Below are positions 36,836 through 50,451 of a stretch of DNA of 64,000 nt, piece after piece. Position 1 is the stretch's first letter. Each line of letters starts with the position of its first letter. The position numbers and the translations under genes were made by a program. The notes under the pieces are model-generated. The model did not search any database and had not been told where the DNA came from. It saw only the letters and a list, made by a program, of their open reading frames with translations. Origin of the DNA: Promethearchaeota archaeon (GTDB lineage Archaea; Asgardarchaeota; Lokiarchaeia; Sigyniarchaeales; SOKP01); assembly GCA_016840165.1 (NCBI GenBank), contig JAEOSU010000051.1, positions 160,001 to 224,000 of the forward strand. Reading direction: 5' to 3'.

Positions 36836-37633
36836 TCATTTTTCATAATTTCGCTCAATAGGTCTACCGGGACTCCCTTGATAAAAGAACTTATCTGGTT
36901 TTCCTCTCCAATTTTTATGCAGTACCGTATTTGGAAAAATTACATTATTCGCATTGGTAACTGCATTGGGACCCGCTATAGCTCCGGGATATAGGGTAGT
37001 ATTATCACCCAATTTAATTTCGAGCATTGTTATTTTACCAAATATTGTATTTACCGCATGGCTAGAGAGAGCTGAAGTAGGATAAAAAAAGGTATTTTCT
37101 CCTAAATCTGTGAACTCTAAGCCTACATACGCATCGCAATAAATAACATTATGCGCAATTTTATTATGGCTAATTCTTCGAAGCGCTCGATTTACCAACC
37201 AGGGAAACATCGACTTTGACGTCAACCACATCGGAAATTTGATAATGAAACCCCTGCGATGGTAAAATTTCATCATTTTGCCTTCCTCACTGTTTAAATC
37301 ATCCAAAACTCTTTGAAAAACTCCTTGTTTTGGAGGTGATTTTTTATGCCACCGGGAAGCCCAGAAAGCCGTAAATTCTACAAGAAGTATAAGATAGACA
37401 TAATAAAGCATAATAAGAAAACATGGAATAAAGAATAAATGAAAGATGGGGTCAAGAGGAAATAGTATTGCAAAAAGATATATGTATAATATAAATAACC
37501 CAAGACATGGGTATAAAGGCACAATAAAACTCAATAGATTAATTTTAAAGAAATCTAGTACTGGAAGCTCGACAGTTTTTTTTTCTTCCATTTCATTTAT
37601 ATTGCTATTATTATTTCTCTTATTATTCTTCAT
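36836..37633 (-). CDS. Membrane protein with a C-terminal left-handed beta-helix (acyltransferase-like)
   Basis: Two N-terminal TM segments and hexapeptide-like repeats (TDLGENTFF, IKLGDNTTL), ending YQGSPGRP. Confidence 0.6.
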   Translation of the reverse strand: MKNNKRNNNSNINEMEEKKTVELPVLDFFKINLLSFIVPLYPCLGLFILYIYLFAILFPLDPIFHLFFIPCFLIMLYYVYLILLVEFTAFWASRWHKKSPPKQGVFQRVLDDLNSEEGKMMKFYHRRGFIIKFPMWLTSKSMFPWLVNRALRRISHNKIAHNVIYCDAYVGLEFTDLGENTFFYPTSALSSHAVNTIFGKITMLEIKLGDNTTLYPGAIAGPNAVTNANNVIFPNTVLHKNWRGKPDKFFYQGSPGRPIERNYEK

Positions 37634-37693
37634 ATTGATAATATTGTTCGTAATTGATTAAAAAATTATTCATAGATTTTATGGAAAAATAGT

Positions 37694-38632
37694 ATGGTCG
37701 ATTTTATAACTACAATTTTAGGAATCTCAATTGCATTAATTGCGACCTGTTGTTTCAATTTTAGCATCATTCTCTTAAAAATAGGTTTAAGGGAAGGTAA
37801 ACAAATAAAGTTTGATGAGGGGATAAGAAGTCTTTTAAATGTCTTTAAAGAACTTAGTAAACATAAGTTATGGGTTATTGGAACCGCTCTTGGAGCAATT
37901 GGGATGATTCCATATGCAATAGCAATGGGTTTGGTTGGCATTATTGTTGTACAACCAATTATGAGTGTAGGATTAATTATTTTTTTTATTTCTGCTGTGG
38001 TTGTACTTAAGGAAAAAGTTAATTATTTAGAAGTTATTCCTATTATACTATTAATATCTGTGCCCTTCCTTATTGGTTTAGCTCAGATATCAGAGGTTGT
38101 TATCGATTTATATACTTTTGTAGTACCTTTTCTAATTCTTTTTTCTATACTATTTACTTTAAGCTTAATTAGTTATCTTTATTCTAAAAAGAAGAGAGGA
38201 ACAAGACTTGAAGGCATTTTTATAACATTTACTGGCTCGATATTTTACTCTCTTGGTGCCATATTTACTAATATATTAGCTCAAGCATTAGTTGATTCAA
38301 GCATTTTTGTTCCCTTCTTCTGGGAAATTATCTTTGGAATCTTTTGGTTTGATTATTTACATTTATGGGTATTTATTGGCTTCTGGGGTTTAGTCATATT
38401 CAATATAACTAGCGTAATTTTTATCCAAAGCTCTCTTCAGAGAAGTAAAGCAATCTTGGTGATACCAATTCAAAATTCTATATCGTTTATATTACCAGTA
38501 ATCGCGGGGTTACTTGTTTTCAATCAAAGTTTTAAATATGACCTTTTTTTTATTGTCACGATCATTATCGTTTTGATTTCGACGGTAATGCTTAGTAAAT
38601 ATCAAGCTTCGATAGAAAGTATAGAAAATTAG
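37694..38632 (+). CDS. DMT-superfamily (EamA/NIPA-like) membrane transporter
   Basis: About 9 TM; LWVIGTALG...IIVVQPI...VVLKEKV...GLLVFNQ. Confidence 0.7.
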   Translation: MVDFITTILGISIALIATCCFNFSIILLKIGLREGKQIKFDEGIRSLLNVFKELSKHKLWVIGTALGAIGMIPYAIAMGLVGIIVVQPIMSVGLIIFFISAVVVLKEKVNYLEVIPIILLISVPFLIGLAQISEVVIDLYTFVVPFLILFSILFTLSLISYLYSKKKRGTRLEGIFITFTGSIFYSLGAIFTNILAQALVDSSIFVPFFWEIIFGIFWFDYLHLWVFIGFWGLVIFNITSVIFIQSSLQRSKAILVIPIQNSISFILPVIAGLLVFNQSFKYDLFFIVTIIIVLISTVMLSKYQASIESIEN

Positions 38633-38643
38633 AATTAACTTTT

Positions 38644-41766
<3,123 letters not shown>

Positions 41767-41960
41767 TCAATTAATATCAATTTTTTGCTACTAAAAACAT
41801 TAAATATTGTAGCTTTAAAACAATAGATAATCCATAATTGATAGACTTATGAGAATGAGACAATAAATTTAATTAAAAGTATTTATTTAAATTTATACCA
41901 CTTAAAGCTATATTAACTTTTTTTTTAAGTTATGATTAACAAAAGAGAAACATCCTTATT

Positions 41961-43196
41961 ATGCAAAATGATGAATTAAATGTGAATAATCAAAATAACA
42001 GGAAGATATTCAAATACAAGAACTTAATGCCACTTTGGATTGCGGTGTTTATCGATATCCTTGGATTTACTTTGATTTTTCCGATAGCTCCTTATTTTGC
42101 AGACTTATTTAGCACTTCAACTTTTATGATTGGACTAGTATTTTCCGTAAATGCCATGTTTGGGTTTGTTTTCGGACCAATATTAGGAAAACTATCAGAT
42201 AAATTTGGAAGAAGACCATTATTGCTAATTTCACAAATGGGAACCTGTATTGGATTTCTTTTACTCGCATTTTCTAATACTTTAGAAATGCTCTTCATTT
42301 CAAGAATGGTGGATGGTATTTTTGGAGGGAATTTTCCCATTGCGAAAGCTATTGTGAGTGATGATGTTCCCCCCAAGGATAGAGGAATACAAATGGCTAA
42401 TGTCGGCATAGCTCATGTGTTAGCTAACTTATTTGGACCTGGTTTAGGTGGGATATTATTTACCATAGGAGGAAGTATATTTTTACCAGGTCTGTTTGCG
42501 GCAGGCTTATCAATTCTAACTATGATCTTAACTATTATTTTCTTAAATGAGACATGGCCAAAAGAAAAGCGTGATGAACATGCCAAGCTAAAAATTCACA
42601 TAGATATAAAAATTCGGAAAAATAAAAACGCAAAGTTTTTATTAACTTTATTTGGGTTTCATTCCACCTCCTTTATGATTATGATGGCCTCGATATCCTT
42701 TTTTGGAAAGATAGTTTTCAATTTGGATCCTTTAGAGATTTCAATTATATTGATGATTGGGGGGTTAGTGCGAACCTCGATAAGATTCACTTTGTTTAAA
42801 CCAACCGTTAGGAGATTAGGAGAGGCAAATGCTATCCGAGTAGGCTTGACGATGTTTTTGATTTGCTTCTCTATTATAGGTTTTTCTGTAAACGTGATTA
42901 TGTTTTTAGTCCTTTTGATCTTTATTAGTTTTGCTGCATCTTTGACACGTGGTCCACTTAATAGTAAAATTAGTCAAACTGTCTCTCCAAAAGTACAAGG
43001 AAAAATTAATGGACTTTCATCTTCTTTAGATAGTTTTGCTCAGATAATGGGACCACTTATTGGGACTTTTATCCTTCAGTTTTTTATGCCCTACTGGCTA
43101 GGTATAGTGGTAGCATCAATTGCCTTTCCACCAGTTATCATGGCTTTTCAAAAAATTGAACTAAAGGTCTATCAACCATCAGAGCAACAATCCTAA
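41961..43196 (+). CDS. MFS transporter (TetA/DHA1-like)
   Basis: GKLSDKFGRRP (motif A); about 12 TM. Confidence 0.9.
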   Translation: MQNDELNVNNQNNRKIFKYKNLMPLWIAVFIDILGFTLIFPIAPYFADLFSTSTFMIGLVFSVNAMFGFVFGPILGKLSDKFGRRPLLLISQMGTCIGFLLLAFSNTLEMLFISRMVDGIFGGNFPIAKAIVSDDVPPKDRGIQMANVGIAHVLANLFGPGLGGILFTIGGSIFLPGLFAAGLSILTMILTIIFLNETWPKEKRDEHAKLKIHIDIKIRKNKNAKFLLTLFGFHSTSFMIMMASISFFGKIVFNLDPLEISIILMIGGLVRTSIRFTLFKPTVRRLGEANAIRVGLTMFLICFSIIGFSVNVIMFLVLLIFISFAASLTRGPLNSKISQTVSPKVQGKINGLSSSLDSFAQIMGPLIGTFILQFFMPYWLGIVVASIAFPPVIMAFQKIELKVYQPSEQQS

Positions 43197-43210
43197 ACAA
43201 AAAAGTAATT

Positions 43211-44047
43211 TTAACTTTTTAAAAAATCGATTATTATCTTATTTATCTCTGGTGCTCTGGATATTGGAGAGTTATGTCCAGCTCTTTCAATAATAACTAA
43301 TCTACTATTTGGTATTATTTTTTCAAGCTCGATCAATACATTTTTAGTAGTTAATCTGTCATGAGAAGAGGCTATTAGTAACGTATTGAGTCTAATCTTT
43401 TTTAAATCATCATAACTATTTGGTGGATATATTGCGTTTGATTGATTAACAACATCTTGAGGAGTTACAGGGTTTAAATTCTGGATGTCAATTAAATCTT
43501 GAACTGACCATAGTCCATAAAATTTTTTATCCGGGTTAGTTTTCATTTCTTTTCTAAATTTGAAATGATATCCTAATCGAGCACTTGTCCAAAATGCTTC
43601 TTCTTTGTTTTTATTTCTAAATTCTAACTCATCTAATGAATTTTTCACAAGTATTTCCACAGCTTGTCTATTTGGAGCGCCTCTCACCGTGTTTATCAAA
43701 ATAAGTTTTTCTATACGCTCTGGATACTTAACTGCGAATTTTTGGACTATAATTCCTCCCATGGACCAACCTATAATGTGAGCCTTATCAATTTTAAGAT
43801 AATCCATTAATCCGTTTATATCATCTGCGAGTATATCTAATGTATTTGGAATATTTGGTCGATCTGAACATCCCCCATTCCTATTATCAAATCGAATTAC
43901 TCGAAAATGTTTAGAAAGTGGAATCCATTGACCAATCCAACCTTCTTTATTTCCTGTAAATCCATGAACTAATAGAACTGGAAAACCTTTTCCTTTTTCT
44001 TCATAACATATGTTTATACCATTATTTTTTGCATATTCTTCAGTCAT
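43211..44047 (-). CDS. Alpha/beta hydrolase (third of a tandem triplet)
   Basis: LVHGF, DNRNGG, GWSMGG, HDRL, AGH. Confidence 0.9.
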   Translation of the reverse strand: MTEEYAKNNGINICYEEKGKGFPVLLVHGFTGNKEGWIGQWIPLSKHFRVIRFDNRNGGCSDRPNIPNTLDILADDINGLMDYLKIDKAHIIGWSMGGIIVQKFAVKYPERIEKLILINTVRGAPNRQAVEILVKNSLDELEFRNKNKEEAFWTSARLGYHFKFRKEMKTNPDKKFYGLWSVQDLIDIQNLNPVTPQDVVNQSNAIYPPNSYDDLKKIRLNTLLIASSHDRLTTKNVLIELEKIIPNSRLVIIERAGHNSPISRAPEINKIIIDFLKS

Positions 44048-44060
44048 CTATATCTACTTT

Positions 44061-44897
44061 TTATTCTTTTAAAAAATCGATTATGATCTTATTTACTTCT
44101 GGTGCCTTTTCTTTTGAAACTCCATGTCGTGCATCTTTTATCACCTTGAAAATACTGTTAGCGATTTGTTCATGGATATTTCTTTGCACTGAGAGAGTAG
44201 CGATTCGGTCTTTTTCTCCACAAATTATAAGCGTCTTACTTTTAATTTCATGGAGGCGATCTTTGACATTATGACCTTTAACTGCACTTGCAGCGTTATT
44301 GTTATCATCAGGGGTAGGAGGATTTGTTAAATCTATGTTTACTAAATCCTCTACAGACCACAAATCAAAAAACTTCTTCTTTGGATTTTGTTGCATCATT
44401 TTAAAAAATTCACGAGAATAACTAGCTTTTGCGCTTTTTAAAAACGCATTAAGAGGATCCTTTTTTAGTTCTTCAAAATAAGCTATTTTTCCCTTGCTAT
44501 ACATTTCTGGACCCTGCTCGTTAGGAAAACCTGGCCAAGAATTAATTAAAATAAATTTATTTACAAGTTCAGGATATTTTAAAATAAAATTAAGAGCGAT
44601 CATGCCTCCTAAAGATTCTCCTAATAAATGCGTTTTTTCTATATTGAGAAATTTCAATAAACCATTAATATCATCAGCGTACATATCCATTGTGTAGGGG
44701 TAATTAGGTCTAGAGCTCTTACCAGCTCCTCTATTATCGAATATTATAACTTTAAAATATTTTGATAAAGCTTTGACTTGAACAAACCAGCCATCCTTTG
44801 AACCACCCCATCCATGCACTAATATGAGGGGTTCTCCTTCGCCATGTATTTCATAACAAATTTTTATTCCATTAACTTCAGCATACAATACTGTCAT
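44061..44897 (-). CDS. Alpha/beta hydrolase (second of the triplet)
   Basis: LVHGW, DNRGAG, GESLGG, KDRI, ARH. Confidence 0.9.
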   Translation of the reverse strand: MTVLYAEVNGIKICYEIHGEGEPLILVHGWGGSKDGWFVQVKALSKYFKVIIFDNRGAGKSSRPNYPYTMDMYADDINGLLKFLNIEKTHLLGESLGGMIALNFILKYPELVNKFILINSWPGFPNEQGPEMYSKGKIAYFEELKKDPLNAFLKSAKASYSREFFKMMQQNPKKKFFDLWSVEDLVNIDLTNPPTPDDNNNAASAVKGHNVKDRLHEIKSKTLIICGEKDRIATLSVQRNIHEQIANSIFKVIKDARHGVSKEKAPEVNKIIIDFLKE

Positions 44898-44938
44898 ACA
44901 AATCAGTTTAGTAGGATAATATTATACTATAATATACT

Positions 44939-45790
44939 TCACTTTTTTAAAAATTTTATAATATGTTGATTAATTATATGAGGATATTCAAGTATTGACT
45001 GATGTCCAGCGTTCTCAATAACGATAAACTTACTATTAGGGAGTTTTTCGTGAATTCTTTGAACGATTGCCTTAGGAACTGTTTTATCTTTATCTGCAGC
45101 AAGTACTAAAGTTTTGTTTTTAATTTCATGTAATCTTTCATAAGTATCATGAGTTCTTAAAGCTTCACCCAAGTGATAAATATCTCGTTCTGTTGGACCA
45201 TAGGTAGTTTTTTCTTCTACTAGGTCTTCTACAGACCAGATATTATGAAATTTTTTTTTTGGATTTTCCTTCATTTGATTCCAAAATTCTTTAGAATAAC
45301 TTTTTTTAGCACCTTCTATAAACGAATTTAATGGATCTTTTTGCCGTACTTTAAGATCTTTAATTGCATTATTGATATACCATTCGATTCCTTGGTCTGG
45401 TGAAATTCCTGGAGGAGTTACACTTGCTATTGTGTTAATTAATACCATTTTATTTATTGTTTTAGGGTATTTTAAAGTAAAATTTAGCACTATCATGCCT
45501 CCCAAACTATGTCCTATAATATGCGTCTTCTTTATTTCAAGCTCATCTAATAAACTCTTGATATCATCGGCAAAAATTTCCATCGTATAATCACCATCAG
45601 GTCTATCAGATTTTCCAGCACCTCTATTGTCTAAACGAATGACTTCAAAATGTTTTGATAGTTCTCCCACTTGAGCACGCCAATGTTCTTTTCTGTCTCC
45701 GAAACCATGGACCAATACAACAGGATAACCTTTCCCATTTACATCATAGCAGATTTTAACACCATTGACATCAGCAAATGAATCAAACAT
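44939..45790 (-). CDS. Alpha/beta hydrolase (first of the triplet)
   Basis: LVHGF, DNRGAG, GHSLGG, KDKT, AGH. Confidence 0.9.
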   Translation of the reverse strand: MFDSFADVNGVKICYDVNGKGYPVVLVHGFGDRKEHWRAQVGELSKHFEVIRLDNRGAGKSDRPDGDYTMEIFADDIKSLLDELEIKKTHIIGHSLGGMIVLNFTLKYPKTINKMVLINTIASVTPPGISPDQGIEWYINNAIKDLKVRQKDPLNSFIEGAKKSYSKEFWNQMKENPKKKFHNIWSVEDLVEEKTTYGPTERDIYHLGEALRTHDTYERLHEIKNKTLVLAADKDKTVPKAIVQRIHEKLPNSKFIVIENAGHQSILEYPHIINQHIIKFLKK

Positions 45791-45851
45791 AATTCTATCA
45801 TATTAATGATGATAAAATAATATTTCTATTTTTTAGCAAATTCAAACTCCA

Positions 45852-46904
45852 CTAAATCTTGCTTATGAAATAACCACAATATTCACAATTTCCATTATTG
45901 TCTAAGTTTATATTAGTTATACTATAAGCATTCCTTTCGATGATGATTCGAGAACAGTTGGGGCATTTTGTATTTTGAAACTCGTTATTAAAAATATTTC
46001 CTAAATATACATACTTTAAACCCGAATTTATAGCAATTTTTAGCGCCTTGTACAAAGATTTCTCGGGTGTTGGAGAAATAAAATTATGTTCATAGGATTT
46101 ATAATGGGGAAATGCTCTTGAAATGTGAAATGGAGTTTCCTCACCCAATTCATTAACAATTCTCTCAGATATCGCTCTTATCGTGGACTCATCAGTATTA
46201 AAACCTTCAAGCAAAAGAGTTGTGATTTCAACATGCACTCCATTCTTCTTTGCAAAGAAAATATTTCTCCACACTTTTTCAATATCAATACCACAATATT
46301 TCTTGGTCATCACAGCATCCCCCTTAATATCGATATTCATAGCATCTAAACCATGATGTATTAGTTCATATAGTACTGCTTCTGTCATATATCCATTTGT
46401 CACATAAGTGTTATACAATCCTGCATTTTTAGCTAATTGAAACAGCTCAACTGAATATTCAAATAATAAGGTTGGTTCGTTAAAAGAAACTGAAGTCCCT
46501 TGACATGAATTTTTTAATGCAATTTTAATAACTTCCTCAGGAGAATAATATTTAGAGGCACTCAGAGCTAAATCGTAAATCTTCTTCTTAGGATGAGACA
46601 AATGATGATTTTGGCACCAAAAACAGCTAAAATTGCAGCCATAAGTCCCTATAGTAATTGCGACGCTCCCCGGATAAAAGTGGTAGAGTGGTTTCTTTTC
46701 AATCGGATTGAAAGAAAGCGCGGGTATTAATCCATACACGATACTATAAATAATACCCTCTTTATTGAATCGAGTCTGGCAAAATCCAAACTTTCCTTCA
46801 GCAATTTCACATTTTCTTTCACAAATTAAACATTGGGTTGTGCTGTTATGTCGTTTTTGAAATAAGCCCTCTTTTAAGAATTGAGGATTAATTTGATTCA
46901 TCAA
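45852..46904 (-). CDS. amrS: AmmeMemoRadiSam system radical SAM enzyme
   Basis: CLICERKC...GFCQTR, PIEKKPLYHFYPG, GCNFSCFWCQN, C-terminal CPNC...CEYC. Confidence 0.9.
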   Translation of the reverse strand: MMNQINPQFLKEGLFQKRHNSTTQCLICERKCEIAEGKFGFCQTRFNKEGIIYSIVYGLIPALSFNPIEKKPLYHFYPGSVAITIGTYGCNFSCFWCQNHHLSHPKKKIYDLALSASKYYSPEEVIKIALKNSCQGTSVSFNEPTLLFEYSVELFQLAKNAGLYNTYVTNGYMTEAVLYELIHHGLDAMNIDIKGDAVMTKKYCGIDIEKVWRNIFFAKKNGVHVEITTLLLEGFNTDESTIRAISERIVNELGEETPFHISRAFPHYKSYEHNFISPTPEKSLYKALKIAINSGLKYVYLGNIFNNEFQNTKCPNCSRIIIERNAYSITNINLDNNGNCEYCGYFISKI

Positions 46905-46939
46905 AATAGATCTAGATTGAGATAAAATATAATTTATCC

Positions 46940-49036
46940 CTATCTATAAAACTCATTTACGAGAATTTGACTAAATTTGACCATTTTCTGTCCTAATTCC
47001 AATTCATTACGTGAGCTCGTTAATATCCAATCTTTTCCATACATTTTATTTAAATATTCTCCTTGAGAATCGATGGAAAAGGCAAACACTCGAAACCTTT
47101 TTCTTACATCGTGAATATCTGGGATGGCATCATATAAGCTATATCCACCATTTGCTGAAGGTTGGCCATCTGAGATCACTATTACAATATCATCTTTTTC
47201 GAGTTTATCAGCTTCATGTTTTATTGATACTCCATCAATATTTTGACAATAATTAGCATGACAACCAAATTTATCAAATTTCTTAGGATTAAGAGTCTCG
47301 TTGAAATCCTTAACTAAAATATTTACAGCGTGATAAGTACCAGTAAATAAAACTATTTTAATATTTGCGATGCCTTCTAATGCTTCATAAAGCATAATTA
47401 ATGCGATTTTTGCCGCTCTTATTTTAACCCCTCTCATACTTCCGCTAATATCAACGATTATTATCAATCTTAATTCTTTATTTATTATTTTTCTGGTAAA
47501 ACATTTTTTAAATTGGTAATCACTGGTGACAGCTTTTATTAATTTACTGTTTAACCGTCCCATCTTTTGAAATGTATCATTATCAGTCTTGTTTCTTAAA
47601 TCCTCAAAAATAGTTTTTAGCTTTTTGATGATGTTCATATATTTTAATTTAATCTGAGCATATGTCATGGCATCTGGAACCATTGATTGAGACTCAATCC
47701 TTACATCATCGACTTTCCTCTGCCCTTTACTACTCCTTGGCGTAGGTTGGTATATTTGCCGTTCTAAAGTCAAAAGACGTTCTTCCATAGCATCGTTTGC
47801 TTTTTCAATAAGCTTTCCTATTTGTCTAATTATCTCCTCTTTTTTATCATCTCTAAGTTTATTCTTTTTCACTTGGTTTTGATTTAATTTTTCTCTTATA
47901 TCTTTGCTTTCCTCACCCTCTCCCTTATTAAATTCTAAGTCCTTTGAGTCCAGATCTTCTTTACTAATTTCTTTCTCAGAGATCTTCTTTTTCTGTGAGT
48001 CTTCCAAGGATTTGTGTTTTTTATCGAGATTTTCATCTAAATCTTCATGATTGTCTCTTCCTCCACCTTCTTCATCAAAATTGTCCTCTTCTTTACCAGG
48101 TTTTTTATTCTTTCCACTTTTCCTTTTTTCATTCTTCTTATTATTTACTTTCTTTCCCTTTCTGTCTTTATCGTCATTTTCTTCATCTATTAAATCATCC
48201 AAATCATCTGGATTTAATTCTTGGTTTTTAATCTTGTCAATTAATTCTTCACTAGTCTTATCAAGCTCTGTCTTTTCATTATTTTTCTTATTTCTGGAAT
48301 TAAATTCCATCTGATTAATAGTATTCTGAGGTTGCGCCGATAGACCTCCTCTATTAGGTGGCGGACTTTTTGGTTGCTCAGGCAAATATTTTTTAAGAAT
48401 ATTGCAAAGTACATCACAAGAGATAATTGATGCACTTGGGCTCAGGGATTTCAGAAGAAACTTCTTTACTTTTGTAACTCCTTTCCAATCAACTTTACTC
48501 AAATTAAATTGAGTCAATTTTGGCTTTTTTTGAAAATCATCAAAATCTTCAAAATATAGATTAATGTAAGTTAGGATATCATTACCTGAATTTATGCGCG
48601 ACTTTAACTGTGGTAACATTTTGGATGTTAATATTCTCAAATTTCTATAAAATCCTGGAAACTTCCTTTTATTGATAGCATTTACTCGAACATCTTCCAT
48701 AACATTTATCAAATTTTTAGCAAAAATTGGTGCTACTTTATGCTTTTTAGATAATGTATCTACTAACTTTATAAAGCACAGTTCAAATGAGCCATATCCT
48801 ATATGTCCACCCTCATGAGCTACAAGACCTTGAGCTGATTTAAGATCTGTTTTAAATTTATTAGGTAAATATATGAACCGACAATCTGTATATACTGCGG
48901 GAGTATTTCCAGTAAATAGGATCATAATGTCTTTATTACCGCTGATACGCTTACCAATATTAGTTAATGCTAGGATATCAGAAGTAAATTCACGTTCGAA
49001 TAAATCAAATATACTCTTCATATCGGGTTCACGCAA
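46940..49036 (-). CDS. VWA-domain protein (CobT/NorD-like) with an N-terminal HExxH domain
   Basis: AHEGGH...EDVRVN, a charged low-complexity linker, GRLN, MIDAS VDISGSM and ISDGQP. Confidence 0.8.
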   Translation of the reverse strand: MREPDMKSIFDLFEREFTSDILALTNIGKRISGNKDIMILFTGNTPAVYTDCRFIYLPNKFKTDLKSAQGLVAHEGGHIGYGSFELCFIKLVDTLSKKHKVAPIFAKNLINVMEDVRVNAINKRKFPGFYRNLRILTSKMLPQLKSRINSGNDILTYINLYFEDFDDFQKKPKLTQFNLSKVDWKGVTKVKKFLLKSLSPSASIISCDVLCNILKKYLPEQPKSPPPNRGGLSAQPQNTINQMEFNSRNKKNNEKTELDKTSEELIDKIKNQELNPDDLDDLIDEENDDKDRKGKKVNNKKNEKRKSGKNKKPGKEEDNFDEEGGGRDNHEDLDENLDKKHKSLEDSQKKKISEKEISKEDLDSKDLEFNKGEGEESKDIREKLNQNQVKKNKLRDDKKEEIIRQIGKLIEKANDAMEERLLTLERQIYQPTPRSSKGQRKVDDVRIESQSMVPDAMTYAQIKLKYMNIIKKLKTIFEDLRNKTDNDTFQKMGRLNSKLIKAVTSDYQFKKCFTRKIINKELRLIIIVDISGSMRGVKIRAAKIALIMLYEALEGIANIKIVLFTGTYHAVNILVKDFNETLNPKKFDKFGCHANYCQNIDGVSIKHEADKLEKDDIVIVISDGQPSANGGYSLYDAIPDIHDVRKRFRVFAFSIDSQGEYLNKMYGKDWILTSSRNELELGQKMVKFSQILVNEFYR

Positions 49037-50282
49037 CAGGAAATATTTCTTTAATAATTTTAGTTAAAGTCTCTAAGTTTTCTTGATATATCCATCTGAT
49101 ATAGGTTAATGTAATATTTCCATTGTAAAGATGGTCTTTTCCAGTTTCTTCTCTGAATTGATATGGTAGATTAAACATCTCAGTTAATTTAATATACTTT
49201 TGAAACGTCTCCCTGTTATGCATCCACATCCAATGGATTACTTTCCACATAATAAATCCATTATACTTGAATGTATTTTTTATTCCATATTTTTCTATAT
49301 AATTCTGAAAGCATTTTTTGGTTAATACGATAACCTCACTAATTTTTTCATTTGTTATATCAACATCATTCTCCCAAATCAACTCAACTGATTTCTTATC
49401 CTCTAATTCATCCCTAATCTTTGATTCGAACATCTTTCCATCTAAAATCATTGCAATACTTTTCTTTTCCTCTGGTGTAGTACCCAACTTATTGATTATG
49501 ACATTTTCTATGTTATTTTTCAAATAGATTAAAGGCATTTTCGAAATTAGCATACAGAAGTTAACAATTAATCGTGTTGAAAAAATTTTTGTTATAGAAA
49601 AATCCTGAGTTGCTTGTTTTCTTATCTGACGTGCGGAATCAACTACAATATCAGCAATTTTATTATCACATCCAGATAATTTGGTGACTATTTCGATTTC
49701 TTTATCTTTCAGCGGATAGTTTATTTCGGGACATATAATGAATCGATCCTCAAAAGCTTCTTGGAGTTTATTTATACCAGCAACACCTTTATTCATTGTA
49801 CCTAAAATTATTAACTTACTCTTGGGGTTCAATTCATGTTTTTCAAACCCTTTTGAAATCAAGTTAATATGTTTTTCAGATAATAATGAATTTAAGGATA
49901 TTTGCTCATTCTCCCGAATAGCGTTGATCTCATTAATTATTATGAATGATATACCATTCTCGTTCGCATCTTTAATTGCTAAAGTTAATGGACCATAGTT
50001 AAATTTAGTATCTCCTTTTAATAATTCCCAATTTCCTTCTATATCCCTTCGATCAAGATCAGGAGAGCCATCAATAATATAATAAGATGCATTATAAGAT
50101 TTTGCTAATGAGATAGCTAATAGGGTTTTGCCAGTGCCAGGTGGACCATGTAATAAAATCCCTACACAAACTCCCTTTCCAATAGAATTTATTAAACATT
50201 TTAAATAATCAAATTCATCTTTTTGTTGAATATATTCAATTTGATTTTCAATAACTGTATCAGAAATTCTACTTCCCTCCAA
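49029..50282 (-). CDS. MoxR/CbbQ/NorQ-type AAA+ ATPase with a C-terminal extension
   Basis: GPPGTGKT, GPLTLA, IIINEIN, GTMN, LQEAFEDRF, FSTR. Overlaps the start of the VWA gene. Confidence 0.85.
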   Translation of the reverse strand: MEGSRISDTVIENQIEYIQQKDEFDYLKCLINSIGKGVCVGILLHGPPGTGKTLLAISLAKSYNASYYIIDGSPDLDRRDIEGNWELLKGDTKFNYGPLTLAIKDANENGISFIIINEINAIRENEQISLNSLLSEKHINLISKGFEKHELNPKSKLIILGTMNKGVAGINKLQEAFEDRFIICPEINYPLKDKEIEIVTKLSGCDNKIADIVVDSARQIRKQATQDFSITKIFSTRLIVNFCMLISKMPLIYLKNNIENVIINKLGTTPEEKKSIAMILDGKMFESKIRDELEDKKSVELIWENDVDITNEKISEVIVLTKKCFQNYIEKYGIKNTFKYNGFIMWKVIHWMWMHNRETFQKYIKLTEMFNLPYQFREETGKDHLYNGNITLTYIRWIYQENLETLTKIIKEIFPVA

Positions 50283-50451
50283 TATTACTAATTCAAATTT
50301 AGAATACCAAAGAAATGTTTCATAAAGCCCCCAATTCTGAAATTATCGAAATTAATTCAGATTTGGTTTTTCATGATTTTTGTATTTTCAGTAATTAAAT
50401 AGTATTTTATATCGATATTTAAAAAGTGAGACATTTATGAATTTTTAAAAT

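Noticed and set aside
47820-48300. Low-complexity DNA in the VWA gene as a repeat element
   Set aside because: It encodes a K/E/D/N-rich linker, with no discrete repeat unit.
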